From Eimeria praecox (taxonomy: Eukaryota), in assembly GCA_963920595.1 (NCBI GenBank), contig OY986946.1, forward strand, positions 6,324,001-6,388,000: a stretch of DNA of 64,000 nt. Direction: 5' to 3'. This document shows positions 11,780 through 23,689 of the stretch, one piece after another. How positions within the stretch are numbered: the first letter of the stretch is position 1; every line of letters starts with the position of its first letter. The notes under the pieces are model-generated. The model saw nothing but the letters and a program-made list of their open reading frames with translations, did not search any database and had not been told where the DNA came from. A program made the position numbers and the translations under genes.

Positions 11780-13899
11780 ATGAAAGGGCTCTTTGGGCAT
11801 TACTTGCTGCCATCTGGCGTGGCAAGCCTGCATAAATATGCATACGTTTCAGGCCATCGCACCCCATTTGACACCCTGATGAATCCATGGTGGGAAGCAG
11901 TGGAGAAGTTGGTTCCCCGGTGTGTACACCCAAACGCTTTGACGGTGTCAAGCTGTACCTCAGCCATCATTGGAAGCTGTTTGCTGCTCGGCTTCTGCCC
12001 ATATCTGTCAGAGTATCCCCCCCACTGGGTCTTTCTAGTCTCAGCAGCTCTCTTCTTCTTATACCAGACGCTAGACGCCATCGACGGAAAACATGCACGC
12101 CGCCTCGGCCTGTCTTCTCCTCTAGGCCAACTCATGGACCATGGATGTGACATCATTTGCACCACCCCATTGACGCTTCTAGGGACAGCTATCATTGGAG
12201 GGGGAGTGGGCCTTCGGCAGTACGGGGTATTAGTCGTCTCTTCTCAGCTTCTGCAATTCCTGTACACTGTAAGCGCTAAGCGCATGCAAATACAAACACT
12301 ATTTGCTCTTGTTTTTCGTGAATCCAGATTGCCCATCGGCTACGAGATGTTTGTTAAACTCATTCTTGTGTATGAGCTTGCTTGTCTCCACAAACTCCTT
12401 GTGGTTTTATGCATATAGTGGTGGGAATTGCACTTCGGCGTGTTCTACACGGCCACGGGCATCATTGGCGTGACGGAAGCCCAGCTGACGGTAAGGAGTC
12501 CTTCGAGTGCATGCACAGAATCCCCTCTAACCCCCTAAACCCCTGTCCCGCCCTCCTGCCCTCGCAGCGGTGCTAGCTAACAGCAAATACACATGTATAT
12601 GCAAGAATGGATGCTGAGTTGAGCCTTAGGTTTGAGATACACTGACAGTATTTAAGGCTTTGGGTATTTGAAAAGCTGAGGAGGGGTTAGTGAAAATAGG
12701 GAGTTCAGGAAGCTTCGACAGTTCACGTCTTACGATTTCTTGTTTTTTTCCGTTTGTGTTTCATCCAACAGGTCATACTCTTCTCCATCCTGGGTGGTAT
12801 TTTTGGCCCTGAAATATATCATGTAGATCTTCTTCAGTATCTGCCGTCTACAGTTGGGTGCGTTGTGTAACGCTGTTGGCCGTCGCCAGCGTATTAGGAC
12901 TTTTCTGTTTACTCTTTGCAAGAAACCATTAAACAGACCGTCTGTGGGTATCATGTACGCAGGATACCGCTAGCAAAACTCGCAGGAGCCATTGGATTAA
13001 GTGCTACGGCTAGTGTTATATTTCAGCTGATGTTGTTGGGTTGGTGAGGCTTCACTGTTCTCTGTTACTACGCAGTAGTGCATGCATGTGCAGCAGCTCT
13101 GGGTATTTAAAAAACAGCGTGATACCGACTCTGACTTTTCTGTTGCAATTGTGTGCCGCAGCAACACCATGCTCTGTGTTTTGAACATTGTAATGGGGGT
13201 CCGTCGGGCTGCACAGCCGTTGGTGGCCCTTATGCAGGTGATCGTCTTCCTGGTGTACATCTTCGTCCAGGGAGTTGTATATATGCATTGTGAGTAATTA
13301 CGTATTAAATAGATTGGGACCTTAGTTTGGATATACTTGTTATTACACTTCCCACCGTTACTGTCGGCTATCGTCCAGGCAAATAATGAAGGGTGCATGG
13401 TTAGTTGCTTAGTGTTGTGATGTCTCGCAGGCCTTGTGTGGCGGCCCGTTTTAAATCCCTACCTTGTGTACACTGCAATCTGTTCGACATACTCCATACT
13501 ACTCCTCCGTCTTTGTTTGTCGGCAACATGCCGTTTCCCTTACAAATTCATTCAGTGGCCGATGCTGCCACTGGCAGCGGCTGCCGCTGCTCTGCGTTTT
13601 GGGGATCTTACAGTTAATCAGGAGTTCTGGGCACTCTTAGTGAGTCTTTTAAGCCCCAAAGCCATCAGTCATCCCCTCTTCATGGTCTCTCTGGCTTCGA
13701 GATGCAGTTGGCGATGATGCTGGTTGAGTTGTGCTTGCAGGCTGTTTGCCTCTTCAACTGCGTGTACCTCGCGGACTTCGTATACACAGCGGTATCTGAC
13801 GTGTGCGACGGGTTAAACATTACCTGTTTCACCGTCCCTAAGGCGGAATGTTTACAGGCTCCATCGAAATCATCGAAAGAGTCAAAGAAAGCAGACTGA
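11780..13899 (+). CDS. CEPT: Choline/ethanolamine phosphotransferase (CDP-alcohol phosphatidyltransferase family), multi-exon
   Basis: The motif 'YQTLDAIDGKHARRLGLSSPLGQLMDHGCD' plus 'HPNALT', 'WWELHF..FY..TGIIGVTE' and the C-terminal 'DVCDGLNITCF'. Many hydrophobic helices. Confidence 0.9.
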
Positions 13900-14523
13900 T
13901 CGAACCATTTCGATCATTTCCCCAGCGTTAAATGCTTTTTACTAACTGAGAAAGCACTTTGTATCCCTACGCACAGCTTCTAATCGAAGCATAGATAGCA
14001 ACGCTAAATACTACGAATGCTTCACTCGAGTATACTCCGAATGCTCTACAGTCCACAGTGCACATAGCAGCATGCTGCTCACAAGAAGGCTTGCGAAATG
14101 CTATTTTAGATGCTCTATTGCTACTTCGTTGTTACTTTCCGGTGGATTTTATACTAAGGCCCCACCATCGAACACGTGGATAGACACAAGTTGGCTTCTA
14201 GGCAACGCAGACTGCCGTATGATGCATCCTACAGTGCATCCTGTAGGCAACGCAACCCACACCTTCCTATAGTTAAGATACACTGCATCTCTGTAAAGCA
14301 ACCTTAATAGTTATTTCTAGGCCTGCAGCAGAAGAACACGTTTAATTAGGACGAGCCATTCCTCGAGACAGAGTGTGGGGGTAAGAAAACACCAAACAAA
14401 CCGAAGTACAGCACAGACACTTCGAAAAACGCAAAACCCACAAACTTCCAAAAACTAACTAACAAATTTGGAAACATATTGAAATTAAGAGCAAGAAAGG
14501 ATTGTTAACCCCGAAGGGTCGAG

Positions 14524-14714
14524 TGGATGCGCCGACCCTGCCGAAAGTGTAAGGGCAGGACAACGCTTGAGGAAGGTCTGAGCAAGCTCAGGGTCCTATC
14601 CTCTCCAAACAAAAATTGTTGTGACAGAATTGGATCCAGTTGGATCCATATCAGTTGTCACACTGATAAGAACAGATACTACACTTGATCATAGCCAAAA
14701 GGCCGAGAAGGTAT
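14524..14714 (-). ncRNA. U2: U2 spliceosomal snRNA, copy 1
   Basis: The minus strand reads ATACCTTCTCGGCCTTTTGGCTATGATCAAGTGTAGTATCTGTTCTTATCAG, containing the branch-point recognition sequence GTAGTA. Sm site AATTTTTG follows, then stem-loops III and IV. 3' end approximate. Confidence 0.96.
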
Positions 14715-16120
14715 GCCTATAGTTATCCGGCCGGGCCCCACCCGAGGACGCTCCGTACGGCGAAGAAGCCTCGTTATTCATAAGGCACGAAAACCATACG
14801 GTGTTACGCTTTTTGCAGTGGAATTAAGCTTTATTTTTCTTTTTAAATATACAATTATTTTATGTTTGTTTTCAACATGGGCAAGGAATTTTAAAATGGC
14901 CCTTTCGAGTGGGAACTACTTTTTACTAAATTGGATCTGAATGAGGGGGGTCCTCACCTAGAGAACACAGGTAGCTGAGGAAATGCTAGCCTTTCTCCTT
15001 ATGCAGAATGATAAACCACCGGCTCCTGAGCATCCCGTAATCCTTACCACTGATATTTTATGCATGATCATGGCACAGCAAGCACCTTTAAACAGCTATC
15101 CTACAACTACCCCTTCTACCCCTTCAGACACTGTCGTGTCTCGCCTTCGCTAAGGCCGACGCTTACACGATGCAACCCGACCTTCCAATTCTGTCCTCAC
15201 AAATATCGAAGACTGGGGAGTGGCTCTAACAAATGTAGTAGAAAAGAAGGGCTCTCTTAATTTGTCGGATGTCATTCTGGCTGCCGTTGCCATCATGGCG
15301 CTCCGGGACACCGACAATATACGTGTGTATACTATGATAGACTCTATGGTCTCTAAATTAAGAGACCTTCCCGCCCATCAATACCGTAATGTCATAACAT
15401 TGTAATGTTATGACATAAAGGGAGCTTCTTGCTCCTCTGACTTGTTCTTTTTTGGGGTGGAGATGCATCTCGATGCTCTTCTCCTTTGCAACCCAGGTCT
15501 GCCTTTCAAGAATGGATGCGACTCTCTTTCACCAGTGAGTGCCGTCCAGGGAAGAGAAGAATTCCCCCACACAAAAAAATTACGAAGAAGGCTCCTAAGA
15601 ACCAGGGAGGGAAACAGCATCGACGGAAGATGCATTCTAGGTCTCGAGCTAACATCTTCTGGTCTCCCGTGGACTTTTTCAGCTCTGAAGTGACCGAAAG
15701 TTGCAGTCGGCAGCCAGCATCGTCAAGAGTTGAGAATGCAAGCTCTCAGGACCATCAAGACCAAGTCACTGAGAAGGAGTGAGAAGGAGAAGGAGACGAC
15801 TGCTAAATGATATTGCACCAGGAACAGATTAAAGGTAACTGCTCTACGAGCCGCTCCACCGACGTTTCCGCTTTTTGGCCTTCGGACTCAGCTACACGGA
15901 ACGGCTCTATCGAGCCTCTTTAAAAGACATGCCTCTTTAAAGAAGTCTGCGTTGGTGTGTGGTCACGAAAAGGCCTGCTAAATGCTACTTTTAGATGCTC
16001 TATTGCTATTTCGTCCCAACTTTCCGGTGGATTTTGCAAGCCCCCAGCCTTGAACAGCACCGCAGACGAACACTACAAACACTATCTTCTAGGTAACGCA
16101 GGCTTCAGTCAGTATACATA

Positions 16121-16227
16121 GCGATATCTGACGTATGCGACGGGTTCGACATCACCCGTTTCACTCGTCGTAGGACGTAACGTTTACAGGTTGCATCGAA
16201 ATCATCGGATCAAAGAAAGCACACTGA
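16121..16227 (+). pseudogene. Decayed copy of the CEPT terminal exon
   Basis: gcgatatctgacgtatgcgacgggttc...caaagaaagcacactga aligns with 13789-13899 but carries indels. Confidence 0.8.
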
Positions 16228-16857
16228 TTGAGCCATGTCGATAATTTCCCCAGTGTTAAATGCCTTTCACCAACTGAGAAGGCACTTTGTATCTCTACGC
16301 ACAACATCTAATCGAAGCGTAGGAAACAACCCTCATCGAACCTAGAAACTAAGTACGTCGATTGCACTAGTCAACAGACTTCGAACGCTTTGCAATGCAC
16401 AGAGCATCCTGCTCACAGAAAGGGCCTGCTAAATGCTACTTTTAGATGCTCTATTGCTATTTCGTTGGAAGTTTCCAGTGGATTTTGTAACGCCCCACCA
16501 CCAGTACAGCGATTACCTGCTAGTTATGACGTAATATAATGCATCCTGTATCTACCCCACACCCCACAAGTACGCACCATTCCTCTATGGTACAGTACAT
16601 TTCTGGAGTACAGCATTACTCGAGCAAGCTCTTAATATTTTGCCTGCAGCGAAAGGACTCGTCTAGCTGGCTGGAACTACCTCGGGAGGGAGGGGGCAAA
16701 GGAAACATCAAGAGCCAGAGCTCACGTAACGGTGAGAACAGAAAAATAAACGAACCGAAGCACAGTTAAGACACCAAAGAGGCAAACACCAACTAACAAA
16801 TTTAAAAGCATACACGTATTAAAGGCAAGAAAGGATTGTTAACCCCGAAGGGTCGAG

Positions 16858-17048
16858 TGGATGCGCCGACCCTGCCGAAAGTGTAAGGGCAGGACAACGC
16901 TTGAGGAAGGTCTGAGCAAGCTCAGGGTCCTATCCTCTCCAAACAAAAATTGTTGTGACAGAATTGGATCCAGTTGGATCCATATCAGTTGTCACACTGA
17001 TAAGAACAGATACTACACTTGATCATAGCCAAAAGGCCGAGAAGGTAT
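16858..17048 (-). ncRNA. U2: U2 spliceosomal snRNA, copy 2
   Basis: Reads identically to copy 1, offset by 2334 nt. Confidence 0.96.
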
Positions 17049-20000
17049 GCTTATAATTATCCGGCCGGGCCCCACCCCAGGATGCTCAGGACGGCGAATA
17101 AGCCTCTGTTAAGTCACGAAATTCACACGCCGTTATGCTTTTTGTACTGGAATCACGCTTCATTTTCCTGTGAAATATACAATTATTTTATGTTTGTTTT
17201 CTTTGTGAAGAATCTCAAAAGCAAGTGATAGTTTTTGTCCTCACCCCACAAATGGGGGGGAGCACCTTGATATCGACGTTTTCTTGCATAGAGGAACCTC
17301 GACAGCCCTGTCCCACTGGGCAAGTTCCAATGTTTCTTTGTTTTCCTCACATAAAAAGATTAGCAATTTGTTATGAATAACAAGGGTTTCAGTAGTGGTC
17401 TTGTGAGCTTAAAGCCATTGCGGAGAACCTTTGTATCCAAAATCCAGGCTGGGTGCTCCTCCTGTCTGTAGCATGGTCTTGGATACGGGGGGTTGGAATA
17501 ACCTTTTTTTCCCATGTATACCACTGACATCTGGCTATTACTGTATATACTACTAGGATACTACAAGGTGAGAGCTCGAAACAACCGAAATGCTATGCTT
17601 CCACGAGGCGAGCATTCGTGTATTGCCATCCGCACGCGGGTTACGACGCCCCATGGGTGCTAGGGAAAACGTATGGACTACCTCTTTTTCTCCTCGTGGT
17701 AACTAATTTTATATGCAAATGGCACGTTTATTCTCATGTCCCAACAAAATATAGGGGCGCTTGTAGGTGGGAGTTTTGCTGCGCTGAATACCCCCGCCCG
17801 CATTACCTGGCAACCACTGAGTGACCAAACAGGTGGAGTGCTTGTAAGCGGCGTGCACTTCTGTCGTTCGACCTTTAAGAGCACACAATAAGCAGTAAAC
17901 GTTGGTATGCTTTCCAAGGCTTGTACACCTTGTACTCGCCATCAGCGCAACTTGCTCTGAAGGGCTGACACTAACACCCTGGCGACAGCATTGATTATGT
18001 GAACGGCGTGGAGCTTTCCTTAATAAGCAACCCTAGTCTCTCTTCCGCTACGGTTTAGAATTCGTCAAGCGAATTCGTATGATCAAAAGGCTGAGCAGGA
18101 CGAACAGATTTCAGAAGTCTGCCACAGCCGGGCACAGTCAATGCATGTCTATGCTAAAAATCACAAGTCCATCAAAGGCGAATTACCGTATGCCTGTTCT
18201 CATCCAAGGCGAATTCTTGTATGCCTGTTCTTCAATCGTCCCACCATCCGCACTGTGCTGTATAGTTAAACCAGAGGGCGGCAGGACAAATTTTCCAGCA
18301 TTTGTTATGCTATTTGGTATAGGTGGAGGGCAAAATTTGATTAGTGGGTGTCAACACGGAGACTTTCTTCTTTTCACCCCAGGCTTTTAGTTGTCAGCTA
18401 GCAGGTGATGGGTGGGGTTCTTGCTATGGCAAAGTTTCGCGCTTTCACAATTCAGAAAGGTTGCAGCCTGTTAACTCCACTGAAGTAGTGTTTTCGAGTA
18501 CACAGCGATCGTGTAAGAGCAATTCCGGGAAACGAAGATATATAGAGAGAGAGCTCCGCGGAAGTCCTGTGTAGCAGAGACCAATTGAGTCACCAGCAGA
18601 TGAAAACAATGCTATTATTGTATGTGAGAAATTCCCACCTGCTAGCAATCTCCACACAGAGCAAGGCAGCATGAGGCTGAGAAAATTCTATCAGAACGAT
18701 CTTGTGGCCTTGCCAAACACTGCCAAACACTGGTGTGTGCATCTTTGCTTCTTGTGAGCTCCGTTGAGTGCATAAATACGCGTCGTCTGTCCATTTAAAT
18801 TGGACGGCAACTACATTCTGCGCTGGTACAACGTGTGTTGGAGCTTGCTCCCAGCTGACAACACCATGCTGAGTTTCAATTCACGACGAAAGCGATTAAG
18901 ACGATTTAAGCGGGCTGCCCCGCTTGCGAGGCTCAGGTAATTGAGTACTCCGGCAGGGGAGTTGCGCCAAAGAAAACGAGAATGATGAACAAAATGCTGG
19001 TACAGAACCTCCGCCTGAGAAGATATACAGCTGTTGAACTGCAATGCTGAACTTCAAACGTCCATTTCAGTCCATGGAAAAACAGGAAACTTCAACGCTT
19101 TCCTTCGAAGTCTGCAGCTGGAATTAAGCGCTGCCGCTTTCCCCCATGAGAGCAAAGAGCAACAACCCAGCATTCATGGACGAATATATAACTATAAAGC
19201 CGCTACTTCTACATGGAAAGGGATAAATAATTTCACGCTCATCTCTCTATTGATGATGGCATACTTCTTTCGACCGTTTAGAAGAACGATCTCCATGAAA
19301 ATGAAATATTGAGTATAAAGTAGCAGACTCCAGAATGGCCGAAGATCGCCAGTGCCCTTGCCAGCAATACATCTTCTGCTTTCTGCTCGTATGACTGCAA
19401 GGGGAGCGTTACTGCTAGAGCAATGCCAGCGGCACTGTCCCTCCCTTCGCAAGAAGATGGGTCGCGTTCTAAGTCAGGTGGTGCATGAGACGGGAGGGGG
19501 AAATACGGGGGACCGTCACTGTGATTGAGAATTCAGATGACTGTGCAGAATACGCCGCCTTCAGCGCAAGTGCGGCTACTGCAGAGTTATTTGTTGCTTT
19601 AATGCAAAGTGTGGGCGGCGCGCCTGCACCAGTGTGCACTAATATCTGTAGCATCTGTATTGGTACAGCTGATTCAGCAAACGCGCTACCGCTCACTCGC
19701 CCTACCACTCTGTCCGCCCCTGCATTTGATCATGAGACAGTTAGCACAGCCGAGAAGACCCTGGAGGGCCAACATAAAACTGTGCAAACAAGTTTTAGCT
19801 GGTCGGGGAGTGCTGTATGCACTAAAGTGTGTTGCTTGTCAAACAGGTTTTTTCTAGCAGTAACCGGGCAAAACGCTTCCGTCAACACATCAAGCTTAGA
19901 AGGCTCTGTGTTCTTCACATCAAGTACCTAATTTGCAGTATCTTCCCAAGTTTATCTGAGAGGAACTTGTAGGAATAGAATTGATATTCTCCTTGTGGCT

Positions 20001-22511
20001 GCCTTCCTCACCACGAATAAGTCCTCACGCTGCTGAAGGTCGAAACAAGCCCTATGCAAAAAAAAAATCTCCATTTCTGCCTCCAGGCTTGCCAAGGAGA
20101 GCAGATCAAACTGTTGAGCCGGCAGCACGAAAGATGTAGCCCACTGTAGTTCTGCATACCCTGCATTTGTTAAACAGTGGCTCCTCCAAGCAAGCATGTG
20201 CACGAACAAAGACTTGTGATCATTAGTAGAGAAACAATCAGCCAGGGAAGCCTCTTCTGAGTTTCAGCATCGATCATATGTGGACAGGAAGCTGCAGCTA
20301 TCGTTTTGCACAGAGCATATGCACCTGTAATGGAACACCCGGAGCACCTAGGTGGAGCGTAAGAATATGGTTATTATGCCGACATCAGCGAGAGGTGGAG
20401 GTTCTGCCATAACGTGCGAAGCCAGCGACTTTAAAGCAGTAACAATCTGTTACCCTCAACCTTGTTGCCTTTGTAGTTGGTTATGGCTTGATAATTTAAT
20501 TTCATATTCTAAAGTTCCACATTATGCGTAATGCTCTTCCCACCCCAGTTGCTTGTGTACCACGTGCCAATGCTCAGAATACCCTATTCTCTCCGTACAT
20601 CCATCTAAATTTAGTTTAACCGTCAGCTTCACTCTCCGTGGGTACACGGGCAACATCACACCTCCATGTTACTATATTCCGTGGGACAGCCGGTGGTACT
20701 CGGATCCCTACTTGCTCGCAGGCTGACTATGAAGAGCCAAGTAAATGTTTAACGACTGTTTACACTACTATGTGGAGTGTTTGCATGAATGCAGCAAAGG
20801 GAGGATTGACTGTGCCTGCATATGGGTATGCCTTGTAGCCGTAGCTACGGCAAGGTGCACTGCAGCTCATGGCAGACTAGCCCGCGTCCCCACCAGCCCT
20901 AGGCCCCTCATCGGCTGTGCCCAGGAGGCCGGAGGGGAGGAAAGCTGCTTTTGGAAAGTGTTTGTGTAAGCCATTCACTGCACTGCAGCTTGTGACGGTC
21001 CTAAGCTGAGATTAAGGAGTATCGCTACAGCGGTGACGGCTCAACAGCGAGTGCAACAGACGCAAAAGACGTAGGTGAACCTACGCCTGGCGTATTTGCG
21101 CCATGCTTAAGTTAGTGGTTCATGAACAATGTACGCGGTATACCAGCTTTCCTTATCTTTAGACTGCCGTGAGCTATGAGAGCTGCGCAAGTTGTTCAAA
21201 AAGAGACCGTACTGGCCACTCCTACATTACGTCCCCCAAATATTCCAAGCATCACAGCTCCTAAGTAGAAAGATCTGCCTCCCTGTGCACAGTTGCATAG
21301 CAGCCAGCGACAGCTCTCCCATGCAACACTTGATATGTAACAGGACGCAGGGAAACTGCACTTTAGGTTAACATATGCTTCTTCGGAACAATCGGAACAT
21401 TCTTACAAAATATTTGGTGCTATTGCAGCTCCATGTGGTTTTCAGCTAAGATCGAAAGCCTTTGCAGTGCACTGCAAGGCAGCCCCACGTGCAAAAACAA
21501 CCAAGCACTCTCCGTTACACGCGCTAGCACTGTAGACACTTGTTAAAGACGTACAAGTCCAACCACCGCCTACCTGTCTAACACTTTAGACAGTTGTTAA
21601 ACACGTACAAGTCAGCCACCGCCTGGCTGTGCCCATGTACTAGCAACTTCACATGCTCCATGGTACAACATCTGCATTATCGAGAACCTTCGCCAACGGA
21701 GACAGTTCTGAATTAGGCTGTCACTCATTGAAACTACAACCAATAAAGTTCTAAACCAAATGGAAAGTACAAAACTGCAATGAGCAAGCGTTCTTGAACG
21801 CAAACAGTGCTAAAAGGAGGCAAAACGCTGCACGGGTACCGGTTGCTCATGGCTCTGGACAGGCGAAGTACCAGGCTAGAGGATTCCGTCACAATTTGTT
21901 TACTCCCGAGTGTTGATATACATAAAATAAATATTTTGGAGGTTAACTGCCTGCGACGAAGCTGCGGCTGCAGCTGACGATGCATCATTTCTCCCTGGGG
22001 TGAGCGCATGCAGCCAGCCCCAGGAACATCGGCGGGTGCGGGGCCAGCTCGAAAGGCTCCCCATGCGCTGCCTTCTATATGCAATTAAAGGCATGAACTT
22101 GACAAGTTGCCGCATCTCTGGTGATCGGGGATCACTTCGCGGGGTAATTTAGTGGGAATTTAAACACGCCAACGCCACAGTCCCGCCGTCACAGTAAGCG
22201 GTACACTCTCGTGGGGGGCCCTGTGGGGGAGGGTTGAAGAGGGTTGGTTTCGTCCCTCGGTTTTTCTAGTGGTTCGTTCGTTTAGAATATAAACGAAGAC
22301 AAAACTTCTGCGGTCTGAGCACCAAAGAAGGTCGCCGCGTAGCGGGGCAGTGCCTCCACCAGCTTGAGGGCTCTGCTGTGCGGCAGCAGCTCTGAAGGAG
22401 TGTCTGAGTGTTGCAAGTGCTATTTGTGGAAATTGATAAGATTGGGTAAAATACTACCAGGAATAACATCTTCTTTGTGCCTGTCTGTACACCTGGTGTG
22501 CTGTGCTGCAG

Positions 22512-23054
22512 ATGGCTCCCGTTTCAACCGTGAAGCGCACCATCATCAAGAAGCGCACGAAGCGCTTCAACCGTTTCCAGTCGGACAGATATAAACGCCT
22601 TAGCGTACGTCAATTGTGGGATATGGCATCCTCTTGTGTGCCTCTTCAGCAGAAACAATATGCTTAGCATGGGACTGGGGGAGCGTAGGCCTGTCGATGC
22701 GTATAAGCGGTGTGCTGTTGCTGTTTGTCTTATTGCGCGCAGTCATCATGGAGGAAACCCAAAGGTATTGACTGCCGCGTGCGCCGCAAGTTCAAGGGCA
22801 CCAACCTCATGCCCAACATCGGCTATGGGTCCAACAAGAAGACCCGCAACATGCTGAGGAACGGCTTCTACAAGTTCCGCGTCGAAAGAGCCCAGGACAT
22901 TGATATGTTGCTCATGCACAACACAAAGTTCGCCGCAGAAATCGCATCTGGAGTATCCTCCAGAAAGAGGAGAGAAATCATTGAGCGAGCAGAGCAGCTC
23001 AATGTCCTCGTCCTCAACAAGTCCGCAAGGCTCAACACAGCCGAGGACGAGTAA
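22512..23054 (+). CDS. RPL32: 60S ribosomal protein L32 (eL32); exons 22512-22604 and 22743-23054
   Basis: 'MAPVSTVKRTIIKKRTKRFNRFQSDRYKRLS|SSWRKPKGIDCRVRRKFKG..MPNIGYGSNKKTR...' with a GT-AG intron. Confidence 0.97.
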
Positions 23055-23689
23055 ACGCGCAGCTCCGCTGCACTTTGGTGGCGTTGGTTGGAAAGGAGTT
23101 TCGGCTTCCCAAATCTCCGTGTGGAGAACTGGGGGCCGTCGAGACTTTTTTTCGACCTTTCGGGTTAAGTTGTGACTCTTGTACTTACGCTAATTCGCCT
23201 TTTTCTAGAAATGACTACTCCTTTGCAATAGATTGCTCGGAAGCTCCCCTAGTTAAAGCGTAGATCAACCAGAAGCCATGCAGAGCCAAACCAGGGGAGT
23301 GCGAGCCTTCAGGCAAGGTTCCCCCTAAAGTTTAGTGTGCAAGAAGGGGTAGCAGAAAAACGTTAGTTAGACCATAATACGAGAATTTAGAATAGTAATC
23401 AATCAACACAAACACGGTTTCTCTGCAGTCATTGTTCTGAACATACAGCCGAGTTCGCGCTTTTTTACAGCTTTCTAGCAGGAAACGGCACTTGTCGCTT
23501 GTCTGGTTTCTTCTATTTTCGAACTCGATTATATGGTCCAATAGTTGAATATTACAGTTTCCCCTCTTTTTAGCTCAAAAGGGGAGCGACTAGGATGTCG
23601 CGACACTTGAACGTTTCCATTTGTTGAAGAGGGAAAGTGCATCTTTTGCAGAAGGGACTGCGTTTCGTGCTGAGTTCTCGTGTGAGAAG

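Larger units (their letters stand above)
13789..17201. repeat. Diverged direct duplication: 13789-14873 vs 16121-17201, plus a third partial copy at about 15960-16105
   Basis: Both units align from the last CEPT exon, through its 3' flank and U2, to the U2 upstream region. The flanks carry many substitutions and indels, while the U2 core is identical. Confidence 0.92.

Noticed and set aside
21531..21624. Two imperfect ~40-nt direct repeats
   Set aside because: Only two copies in a eukaryotic context with no cas genes. A small local duplication, not CRISPR.
17300..22300. About 5 kb of unique sequence with several short same-frame ORFs (e.g. 19469-20209 minus)
   Set aside because: Frequent stops and no RT, integrase, kinase or other motif. 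Cannot be called a gene or pseudogene without a search.
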